From: a virus
Virus record (IMG/VR): IMGVR_UViG_3300004806_000016
Length of the DNA: 64,000 nt
Strand: one strand, 5' to 3'
Shown: in pieces, positions 50,253-57,501 of the stretch
Layout: each line of letters opens with the position of its first letter
How positions within the stretch are numbered: position 1 is the stretch's first letter
Notes under the pieces: generated by a model
Databases searched by the model: none
Told to the model about the DNA's origin: nothing
What the model saw: only the letters and a program-made list of their open reading frames with translations
Made by a program: the position numbers and the translations under genes

Positions 50253-50361
50253 GGTAGTCTCCTTTGATTGATCATCCTAAAGATCTCACTCGCGACTACT
50301 TATAAAACGAATATTAAAGATTTATTAAAAACGAAGAAAAACAAAAAAATAAATACTACGT

Positions 50362-50436
50362 GTCGGTGTGTTGTAACGGTAGCATGCGGGTCTCCAAAAC
50401 CTTGCGGTCAGAGTTCGAATCTTTGCACCCTCGCCA
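50362..50436 (+). tRNA. tRNA-Trp(CCA), degenerate acceptor stem
   Basis: CTCCAAA loop, T-arm, GCCA end; two acceptor-stem mismatches. Confidence 0.75.
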
Positions 50437-50442
50437 GTATTC

Positions 50443-50518
50443 GCTTAGATAGCTCAGTTGGTAGAGCATACGACTGAAAATCGTAGTGTCGTTGGTTCGA
50501 TTCCAACTCTGAGCACCA
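50443..50518 (+). tRNA. tRNA-Phe(GAA)
   Basis: Cloverleaf with CCA. Confidence 0.96.
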
Positions 50519-50523
50519 TCTAT

Positions 50524-50599
50524 GGGGTCATAGCAAAATGGCTAATGCACGGGACTGCAAATCCTTGAGGTTCCAGTTCGAATCTGGATGACCCCTCCA
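50524..50599 (+). tRNA. tRNA-Cys(GCA)
   Basis: Cloverleaf, U73, CCA. Confidence 0.93.
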
Positions 50600-50604
50600 A
50601 TTTT

Positions 50605-50681
50605 GGTCTCTTAGCTCAGCTGGATAGAGCATCTGACTACGAATCAGAAGGTCGGGCGTTCGACTCGCTCAGAGACTGCCA
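50605..50681 (+). tRNA. tRNA-Arg(ACG)
   Basis: Cloverleaf, A20, CCA. Confidence 0.95.
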
Positions 50682-50685
50682 TTTC

Positions 50686-50759
50686 GCGGAGTTCGTATAG
50701 TGATAATACCTCAGCCTTCCAAGCTGATGCGAGGGGTTTGATTCCCCTACTCCGCTCCA
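50686..50759 (+). tRNA. tRNA-Gly(TCC)
   Basis: Cloverleaf, U73, CCA; A19/U56 in place of G19/C56. Confidence 0.92.
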
Positions 50760-50764
50760 TTATT

Positions 50765-50841
50765 GCCCCTGTAGTCCAATTGGTAGAGGCGCTTGACTTA
50801 GAATCAAGATGTTGGGAGTTCGAGTCTCTCCAGGGGCACCA
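50765..50841 (+). tRNA. tRNA-Leu(TAG), short variable loop
   Basis: Cloverleaf, A73, CCA. Confidence 0.9.
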
Positions 50842-50847
50842 TTTTAC

Positions 50848-50921
50848 GCTGCTTTGGTGTAATGGTAACACACGAGTTTGTGGCACTCGTATCACTGGAT
50901 CGTAACCAGTAAGCAGTACCA
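50848..50921 (+). tRNA. tRNA-His(GTG), alphaproteobacterial type
   Basis: No encoded G-1; G1:U72, A73, CCA. Confidence 0.9.
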
Positions 50922-50925
50922 ATTC

Positions 50926-51000
50926 GCTAGTGGGACGGTTCGGCATCGTAGCATCCTCATAAGATGCCAAAAGCTGGTTCGAAACCAGCCATTAGCACCA
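50926..51000 (+). tRNA. tRNA(CAT), elongator Met or Ile2
   Basis: CTCATAA loop, T-arm, ACCA; atypical D-arm. Confidence 0.8.
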
Positions 51001-51008
51001 AATTTATT

Positions 51009-51083
51009 GTCGGGGTAGAGCAGAGGTAGCTTGTCAGTCTCATAAACTGAAGGTCGGTGGTTCGAGTCCATCCCCCGCAACCA
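51009..51083 (+). tRNA. tRNA-Met(CAT), initiator-like
   Basis: CGGGG.../CCCCGCAACCA end and unpaired position 1; lacks the three consecutive G-C anticodon-stem pairs. Confidence 0.8.
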
Positions 51084-51089
51084 GTTTCT

Positions 51090-51166
<77 letters not shown>

Positions 51167-51172
51167 AATTAT

Positions 51173-51262
51173 GGACAGGTGGCCGAGTGGTTGAAGGCTC
51201 TAGTCTTGAAAACTAGCGTGGGCGCAAGTCTACCGTGAGTTCGAATCTCACCCTGTCCGCCA
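51173..51262 (+). tRNA. tRNA-Ser(TGA)
   Basis: Long variable arm, GCCA. Confidence 0.95.
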
Positions 51263-51266
51263 TTAT

Positions 51267-51342
51267 GGGACGTTCGTCTATCGGTTGAGGATAACAGCCT
51301 TTCACGCTGTAGAGACGGGTTCGATTCCCGTACGTCCTACCA
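51267..51342 (+). tRNA. tRNA-Glu(TTC)
   Basis: Cloverleaf with CCA. Confidence 0.94.
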
Positions 51343-51346
51343 TATT

Positions 51347-51436
51347 GGTGAGTTGGCTGAGAGGCCGAAAGCACTCGTTTGCTAAATGAGCGAAGCAGAA
51401 ATGTTTCCGTGGGTTCGAATCCCACACTCACCGCCA
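51347..51436 (+). tRNA. tRNA-Ser(GCT)
   Basis: Long variable arm, GCCA. Confidence 0.95.
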
Positions 51437-51470
51437 ATATAAATACGGAGTAATGACTTATGGAGTGTTG

Positions 51471-52130
51471 ATGAAGCCCAGAATAGCGTTGTTCCAAAAC
51501 CATCCAGAATGTTCTAGACAATGCGTCAATGGAATGATTGAGGCTCTGAGAAATAATTACTCCATCAAAATAGTTTCAAATGAATTTTTCACAAAAGAAA
51601 ATCTAAAAGAATTTGATATTGTTGCATTTCCAGGAGGTATCGGTGATGCAGATACTTACTACGACTTTTTCAAACGTCGTCACGGAAATGCAGTTGCTGA
51701 CTTCGTTGATCGTGGTGGGCATTATCTTGGAATTTGCATGGGTGCCTATTGGGCTGGCCCTGATTTTTTTGATATCCTGGATAATGTCGTACCAGTTCAG
51801 TACATAACCAGAGAAACAGCAGATATACGCAGACCCTACGGGACAGTCGCGAAGGTAGATTGGTTAGGATCACAGCAGAATATGTTCTTCTATGATGGCT
51901 GTGCTTTAATAGGAGAAGAAAATGGACATGGAACATTATCTAATGTTTATGGGCGTTATGCTAATCACGATCCTATGGCTATCATTCAAGGACGTGTAGG
52001 TGTAATCGGTTGTCATCCCGAGTCAGAAAAGTTTTGGTATGACCAATACAAATATATAAAACATCATTGGCACAAAGGCGAGCATCATAAATTACTCCTT
52101 GAGTTTGTCAATAAGTTAATGCTCGGTTAG
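51471..52130 (+). CDS. Class I glutamine amidotransferase-like protein (BPL_N family)
   Basis: FPGG, YLGICMGAY, HPE catalytic triad; TATAAATA at 51438-51445. Confidence 0.8.
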   Translation: MKPRIALFQNHPECSRQCVNGMIEALRNNYSIKIVSNEFFTKENLKEFDIVAFPGGIGDADTYYDFFKRRHGNAVADFVDRGGHYLGICMGAYWAGPDFFDILDNVVPVQYITRETADIRRPYGTVAKVDWLGSQQNMFFYDGCALIGEENGHGTLSNVYGRYANHDPMAIIQGRVGVIGCHPESEKFWYDQYKYIKHHWHKGEHHKLLLEFVNKLMLG

Positions 52131-52195
52131 CTCAGAGGTAGAGCTCCTCCTTTACACGGAGATTGTCGGCGGTTCGATCCCGTCACCGAGTACCA
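52121..52195 (+). tRNA. tRNA-Val(TAC)
   Basis: Cloverleaf with CCA; overlaps the last 10 nt of the upstream CDS. Confidence 0.93.
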
Positions 52196-52297
52196 ATTGC
52201 ATATCGACGGGTATGCCTTATCGCGCTTGTTCGCCGCGATTCATAAATCATTAGGGTTAGCAGATGGCGCCATCTCCGCTAGCGGACTACCAATTAT

Positions 52298-52371
52298 TGT
52301 CCTGTAGCTCAACGGTAGAGCAGGCGATTGATAATCGTCCGATAGAAGTTCGATTCTTCTCGGGACAACCA
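52298..52371 (+). tRNA. tRNA-Ile(GAT)
   Basis: Cloverleaf, ACCA. Confidence 0.9.
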
Positions 52372-52372
52372 A

Positions 52373-52446
52373 GCTCTCTTAGTTAAATGGTATAACAGTT
52401 GATTAGTAATCATCTATTGGCAGTTCGATTCTGTCAGAGAGCACCA
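52373..52446 (+). tRNA. tRNA-Thr(AGT)
   Basis: Loop TTAGTAA; same anticodon stem as the Thr(TGT) gene; ACCA. Confidence 0.85.
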
Positions 52447-52451
52447 GAATT

Positions 52452-52525
52452 GCGGATGTAGCTTAATGGTAAAGCAGAGCGTTGCCAACGCTCCGACGAG
52501 GGTTCGATTCCCTTCATCCGCTCCA
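52452..52525 (+). tRNA. tRNA-Gly(GCC)
   Basis: Cloverleaf, U73, CCA. Confidence 0.95.
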
Positions 52526-52527
52526 GT

Positions 52528-52601
52528 TGGGGTATCGTCTAATGGTAGGACAGCGGATTTTGATTCCGTCAATCGTGGTTCGAGTCCATGTACCCCAGCC
52601 A
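52528..52601 (+). tRNA. tRNA-Gln(TTG)
   Basis: U1-A72, GCCA. Confidence 0.95.
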
Positions 52602-52620
52602 ACAAACCTAAATAAACTAC

Positions 52621-52649
52621 TTGACTTTTTAATCCAGATAAGTTACAAT
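52621..52649 (+). promoter_or_regulatory. Sigma70 promoter upstream of the arfA-like ORF
   Basis: TTGACT-N17-TACAAT. Confidence 0.75.
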
Positions 52650-52674
52650 TACAAAATAAAGAAAGGAGACTGCG

Positions 52675-52803
52675 ATGAAAAATACTTTTAAGACACGTTG
52701 CGTATACGCTAAAGCATTGCAGTCTCGACTGTTTGCTAACCGTATCGTCGCACCCAAAAAGGGCAAAGGTTCATACAAACGCAGCAAAAAAATAGCTGCG
52801 TAA
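52675..52803 (+). CDS. arfA: ArfA-like alternative ribosome-rescue factor (42 aa, not in the ORF track)
   Basis: MKNTFKTRCVYAKALQSRLFANRIVAPKKGKGSYKRSKKIAA; SD AAGGAG; LF..R....KKGKGSYxR motif. Confidence 0.75.
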   Translation: MKNTFKTRCVYAKALQSRLFANRIVAPKKGKGSYKRSKKIAA

Positions 52804-52811
52804 TGTTTAGA

Positions 52812-52886
52812 GGACCCATAGCACAATGGTGGTGCAAACGACTTTTAATCGGGAGGCTGCTGGTTCGAGTCCAGCTGGGTCTACCA
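52812..52886 (+). tRNA. tRNA-Lys(TTT)
   Basis: Cloverleaf, ACCA; two mismatches at the top of the anticodon stem. Confidence 0.85.
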
Positions 52887-53030
52887 AATTCGAGTTTTAT
52901 ATTATGACTATATGTGAAAAATTGATGGCTACATTATACTGCACTTGGATGGCTATACCTCCACTAACCATGGTGGTGGTCATCGATTTGCTTAGTGATT
53001 GAATATCTGAAACAATCTAAGGAGATAAAA

Positions 53031-53567
53031 ATGCAAAAGACTATCTTAGCGGCGCTCGCAGTAGTTGCCTCGATGTCTGTAGCATCTGCTACTGATATCC
53101 CAAGCAAGGCTGCACCAGCTATCCCGCAGTCGCCTGTATTTGTTCAAAACGGTTATATCGGTTTGAATGTTGGCGCACTAAAGGGTACTGATCGCGTCTA
53201 CTCTGGTGGTGCTGTTGCTGGTTGGAATGCCTCACCATTCCTTGCAGTAGAAGGTGCATACAGCTATAATTATGATGACAACAAGACTGGTTCTCGTGCT
53301 CATAATACACATACTCTTACTACAGCTGTATTACCACAGTATCGTATCCCAGGAACTGATCTAACACCATATCTTTTGGCTGGTGCTGGATACCGTTTCG
53401 ACAACGAAACTGCGAATCATACCGTTTATAATCTTGGTGGCGGTGTGAAATATGGTGTTTTAGTTAACACTGATATTGATTTTCGTTTCACACGTACCGA
53501 AGCCTTTGATACCAAGTATCGTGGTACCGAAGACAAGTTTACCGCTGGTGTAAACTACAAGTTCTGA
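53031..53567 (+). CDS. Outer-membrane beta-barrel protein (Omp25/RopB-like)
   Basis: Signal peptide, ATDIPSKAAP linker, alternating strands, C-terminal GVNYKF. Confidence 0.85.
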   Translation: MQKTILAALAVVASMSVASATDIPSKAAPAIPQSPVFVQNGYIGLNVGALKGTDRVYSGGAVAGWNASPFLAVEGAYSYNYDDNKTGSRAHNTHTLTTAVLPQYRIPGTDLTPYLLAGAGYRFDNETANHTVYNLGGGVKYGVLVNTDIDFRFTRTEAFDTKYRGTEDKFTAGVNYKF

Positions 53568-53572
53568 CTCAA

Positions 53573-54010
53573 ATGATTAAATTAGCATCTTTAATTTATC
53601 TAGATGCTGTTTATGAGTTAGAAAAACAATTTGGCGCAGAGGCTTTCTCAAAGAGGTCGCTGCGCCATTTCATTTTGACCAGTCAGTTATATGTATTCGT
53701 AGACAATGATGATAATGTTATCGGTTCTGCTATCATATTAAAGCGTAAGAACTCTAACAGATGCAGGCTCTACAGTTTCATAATAGATGATAGATTTAGA
53801 GGTAAGGGTGTAGGAAAGAATTATCTACATGTACTCTTAGAGCAACTTACCTACAAAGAAATAACATTAGAAGTATCTGAGAATAATAAACCTGCAATTG
53901 GATTATATACTCTGTTGGGATTTGAGGTTACTGGGACAAAGAGTGAGTATTATAAGAATAAAGATAATGCTCTTGTAATGAAGAAAGTCCTTGACAAATT
54001 TCAAAAATAA
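53573..54010 (+). CDS. RimI-like GNAT acetyltransferase
   Basis: FRGKGVG, LEVSENNKPAIGLY..LGF, YY...DNALVMKK. Confidence 0.85.
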   Translation: MIKLASLIYLDAVYELEKQFGAEAFSKRSLRHFILTSQLYVFVDNDDNVIGSAIILKRKNSNRCRLYSFIIDDRFRGKGVGKNYLHVLLEQLTYKEITLEVSENNKPAIGLYTLLGFEVTGTKSEYYKNKDNALVMKKVLDKFQK

Positions 54011-54019
54011 AGGTATAAT
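53991..54019 (+). promoter_or_regulatory. Sigma70 consensus promoter
   Basis: TTGACA-N17-TATAAT. Confidence 0.8.
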
Positions 54020-54047
54020 TACTATATAATGATTGATGGAGGTGGAT

Positions 54048-54263
54048 ATGTGGACAGAACTTCAGATGAACGAATATGCTAAGATTCTTGAGCTTCACGA
54101 GACACTCGTCCTTGAGGCTTTCTATTCAGAAAAATTACACACACTTTCTGAGATTGAACAATGGGTTCTTGAGCGTATGAAAGATGAATTCGATAAGGAT
54201 TATGTCAAATCAGTATATACTCTGGTTACGCATCCTGATCGCAAAGTATCGTTGACGGACTAA
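54048..54263 (+). CDS. Hypothetical protein
   Basis: SD GGAGG. Confidence 0.6.
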   Translation: MWTELQMNEYAKILELHETLVLEAFYSEKLHTLSEIEQWVLERMKDEFDKDYVKSVYTLVTHPDRKVSLTD

Positions 54264-54294
54264 ATAATATGTTATCCTTTCTGTGGAGACTAAC

Positions 54295-54594
54295 ATGCGT
54301 TCTATTTTTATTGTATCTGTTTGTGCACTTGCTCTTGGGTTTACCAGCCCCGCTTCTGCTCAGTACCGTCGTTACCACTCTTACTCTAACGGTGGGTGGG
54401 CTGCTCCTCTCGTTGGTGGTCTTATTGTTGGTGGTGTGCTTGGCGCTATGGCTAATCAGCCTCGTTATTATGCCAACCCTCCCGTGGTAATCGAACAGCC
54501 TTATCGTACTGAATGTCGATTTGTTCCAGTCTATGATAGTTGGGGCAGCTATCGCGGCGAGCGTCGCGAGTGTTATCAGGTTCCTATCTACTGA
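54295..54594 (+). CDS. Secreted glycine-zipper protein of host-like type
   Basis: Signal peptide ending ASA, GGLIVGGVLGA, two C-terminal Cys. Confidence 0.65.
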   Translation: MRSIFIVSVCALALGFTSPASAQYRRYHSYSNGGWAAPLVGGLIVGGVLGAMANQPRYYANPPVVIEQPYRTECRFVPVYDSWGSYRGERRECYQVPIY

Positions 54595-54870
54595 TCATTT
54601 CTTAACTTCTAGTTCTGCTTTCGATTCGTTGAGAAATCTGCGAATCGATTCTATGCTGTTCTTACAGATCTTGTTATTCTTATTAAGCTCAACCAATAGA
54701 CGAGCTACCTGCAATTCAGTCAGCTGCTCTGGCTTTGGATAATAAGTTGATGTCGGGCAGTTATACATGGTCTCAGATGGCAGTATCACTACCTGTTCTT
54801 TTGTCGTAAGTAGTTGGGTTGATTGACAGCCAGATAAAAATAAAGCTGATATGATGACTAGCTTTTTCAT
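54595..54870 (-). CDS. Putative o-spanin lipoprotein
   Basis: Lipobox LSGC, additional Cys, coupled to the i-spanin. Confidence 0.75.
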   Translation of the reverse strand: MKKLVIISALFLSGCQSTQLLTTKEQVVILPSETMYNCPTSTYYPKPEQLTELQVARLLVELNKNNKICKNSIESIRRFLNESKAELEVKK

Positions 54871-55220
54871 TTGCTGTTCCTCAGTTCTGTTATGGTTTTC
54901 TTAAATATATCAGAGGCAGGTTTGTCTTGCTTTTTTGCTGCTTTTGAATCGAGATATTCTGTAACAGTAGATAATGTCTTATTTACCTGATCATTCTGAA
55001 CAGCCAGATCATTTTCTATTGTCTTCTGTTTATTCTCGACTTCCTGCATCTTCTGCTGGAATCTCTGTTGATCTTGTATCACCTGCTCAAGCTGTCTCTG
55101 GTTGTATTCCATAAGAGCCTGTTGCTCTACGTTATGTTTCCAGAAAAAATAAATACCAATGATAGCAATTGCTCCAGCGATGTATAACTGAATACGTCCA
55201 CCTAATAATAAACCAAACAT
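54867..55220 (-). CDS. Putative i-spanin
   Basis: N-terminal TM then coiled coil; SD GGAGG; minus-strand TATAAATA at 55244-55251. Confidence 0.75.
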   Translation of the reverse strand: MFGLLLGGRIQLYIAGAIAIIGIYFFWKHNVEQQALMEYNQRQLEQVIQDQQRFQQKMQEVENKQKTIENDLAVQNDQVNKTLSTVTEYLDSKAAKKQDKPASDIFKKTITELRNSK

Positions 55221-55251
55221 TTTATCCTCCATCTAATACGGAATATTTATA

Positions 55252-55848
55252 ATGAAAGTATACATCGGACCATATAAAGATTGGATCGGACCATGTCAAA
55301 TCGCAGATATGATTTTCTTCTGGTGTGAAAAGTATCCAAGCGATGAGTTAGATCAACGCTGGGACTATCAGCTCCGCGACAAGGTTTCCAACTGGCTCTA
55401 TGATTCTTGGGTCCATGATTTTTGTAATTGGATTCACGAGAAAAGAGAACGTAAGGTAAAAGTTCGTATCGACAAATACGATACATGGTCTGTTGATCAT
55501 ACTCTTGCGCTCATCATTCTCCCATTGCTAAAACAGTTTAAGGAAATTCATCATGGTTCACCACTTGTCGATGATGAGGATGTGCCAGATGAATTGAAGT
55601 CTACATCCGCTCCGCCAAAAGAAAATGAATGGGACACAGATGTCAATCATCACAAGCGTTGGGAATGGATTCTTGACGAGATAATTTGGGCGTTTGAATG
55701 TAAGGTAGATGATAGCTGGGAAAACCAGTTTTGGAATGATACAAACGATAAACTTGAACTTGACCGAGAGGGTTATAATAAATACAGGAGTCGAATCAGT
55801 AATGGATTGAGACTCTTTGGTAAATATTACGAAAATCTATGGGATTAA
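55252..55848 (+). CDS. Trp-rich hypothetical phage protein
   Basis: 198-aa ORF. Confidence 0.65.
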   Translation: MKVYIGPYKDWIGPCQIADMIFFWCEKYPSDELDQRWDYQLRDKVSNWLYDSWVHDFCNWIHEKRERKVKVRIDKYDTWSVDHTLALIILPLLKQFKEIHHGSPLVDDEDVPDELKSTSAPPKENEWDTDVNHHKRWEWILDEIIWAFECKVDDSWENQFWNDTNDKLELDREGYNKYRSRISNGLRLFGKYYENLWD

Positions 55849-55871
55849 AATAATAACAAAAAGGAATCTCA

Positions 55872-56096
55872 ATGAAAGAAGCGCCAAGTATGATGGGCTT
55901 ACAGATCGTTCCTGAACATTGGATTATGGAAATAGCTAAGATGAGTGAGAACGATCCTAACAGCACCATGCACATCCTAGTAGAATCCGCGCAAGATTTT
56001 AGGGACGCTGGTCTTACACCAATATTCTTAGCCGATGATAAATTGGCTAAGGTCTGTGTGACCACCAAAGAAAAACTACAGAAAAAGTTTCACTAA
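55872..56096 (+). CDS. Hypothetical protein
   Basis: SD AAGGA. Confidence 0.55.
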   Translation: MKEAPSMMGLQIVPEHWIMEIAKMSENDPNSTMHILVESAQDFRDAGLTPIFLADDKLAKVCVTTKEKLQKKFH

Positions 56097-56178
56097 TTTT
56101 ATATTGCTAAGCACTTTTTAGAAGCGCAGCAATATAAATAAACCGTGGGATGCTTAATTGGTCCTACAAATTTTAATA

Positions 56179-56199
56179 ACCTTGCTTAAATTAGGAGGT
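56179..56199 (+). promoter_or_regulatory. ROSE-like RNA thermometer hairpin
   Basis: ACCTT-G-CT pairs with the SD AGGAGGT, leaving a bulged G; TATAAATA at 56133-56140. Confidence 0.7.
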
Positions 56200-56206
56200 A
56201 ACTACT

Positions 56207-56653
56207 ATGTATAAATTCGATCACACATTCTCAGATCTCTCTAAGTTCGATAAGTATTTTGTTGGTGCGGACAAGTATTTCGCCCAGATTCAAAAGACTG
56301 CCGACCTTCTTGCTAATACCGCTACTGCAGTTGGCTATCCGCCATTCAATTTGAAAAAGACAGACGAAAATACCTATGTCGTTGAAATGGCTGTCGCTGG
56401 TTTTGGTAAGCAAGATATTGAGATGACACTTAATGAAAATACGCTAGTGATTAATGGAAAGTCATCTGTCGATTCAGAAGATGTTCAGGTTCTTCACAAG
56501 GGTATTTCCGACCGTGCGTTTACAAGAACTTTCACTCTAGCCGATAACGTTGAAGTTAAGAATGCTAAGATGATGAACGGACTATTAAAGATTTGGCTTG
56601 AACATATTATCCCAGAAGATAAGAAGCCAAAACAAATATCTATTGAAGAATGA
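56207..56653 (+). CDS. hsp20: Small heat-shock protein (Hsp20/IbpA family)
   Basis: YPPFNL, EMAVAGF, LHKGIS.RAF.R.F.L, NGLL.I, IxI. Confidence 0.95.
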   Translation: MYKFDHTFSDLSKFDKYFVGADKYFAQIQKTADLLANTATAVGYPPFNLKKTDENTYVVEMAVAGFGKQDIEMTLNENTLVINGKSSVDSEDVQVLHKGISDRAFTRTFTLADNVEVKNAKMMNGLLKIWLEHIIPEDKKPKQISIEE

Positions 56654-57182
56654 TTTTTTTGTGGGACACAGATAAATTGATTTTGTGTTGTTCAGAAAAT
56701 TTCATACCTTTTCTAGCTTCACTTATCTTTTTTCTGTGTTCCGCTGATTTTGATTTACGCAATTTGGCAATATATTCTGGTGATTGAGCTTTAAGTTGAT
56801 TCGCTATTTTTATTTTTTGTTTATGTTCTTCTGATTTTGGTTTACGCATTTTTTCTTTGAATATTTCCGATTTTGGTTTACGTAATTTTTGTTTGGTTAT
56901 TTCCGAATGAGAAAAACCGTTTATACCATCTCCACCATCTGTTCTATTTAAAAGAATGCCTGTACCATTATCTTTACGACCATACCATCTAATATATCTA
57001 CGTTCTAATGCAAATGCACCAAGTTCGGTTAAATTAGATTCTAAAATAATAATTTTTGATTTGTCTTTTGGAACACTTATATTATGTTTTTTATAAGCTC
57101 TATCGTTTTTACCTTTACCGATATAATAAGGTAAACCAGTTTTTTTGTTTATATATGCGTATATGTAAAATTTATCATTCAT
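56640..57182 (-). mobile_element. GIY-YIG homing endonuclease with NUMOD3 repeats
   Basis: FYIY...[22 protein letters not shown] repeats; AT-rich; minus-strand TATAAATA at 57244-57251. Confidence 0.85.
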
Positions 57183-57278
57183 AGCTGATGTCCTTTCCGA
57201 CGTTAGAGTAGTTGGGACCGCCATCCGCGAACTACAATATATGTATTTATATTAAAGAAAATCACAAAGGAGTAAGTT

Positions 57279-57452
57279 ATGCTTTTAAGTCTGTTCGGAG
57301 CTTTTTCAAGATGGCTCAAGAAGGAAATGGAATACCGTAGAACAGTTCACGATTTAAGTCTATTGTCTAATCGTGATCTTGCTGATCTCGGTATCAACCG
57401 TTGCGATATTGAATTTATCGCCCGTGGTGCATCCGATAAGAAGTTTGCCTAA
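57279..57452 (+). CDS. DUF1127 (YjiS-like) small protein (57 aa, not in the ORF track)
   Basis: YRRTVHDLSLLSNRDLADLGINRCDI; SD AAGGAG. Confidence 0.85.
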   Translation: MLLSLFGAFSRWLKKEMEYRRTVHDLSLLSNRDLADLGINRCDIEFIARGASDKKFA

Positions 57453-57501
57453 TCATAAATAGGGGGGACACTGGTTCCCCCCTCATTTTATGGAGACTGA
57501 T

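Noticed and set aside
52904-53002. 32-aa hydrophobic ORF after tRNA-Lys(TTT)
   Set aside because: No clear SD and no recognisable motif; it cannot be supported.
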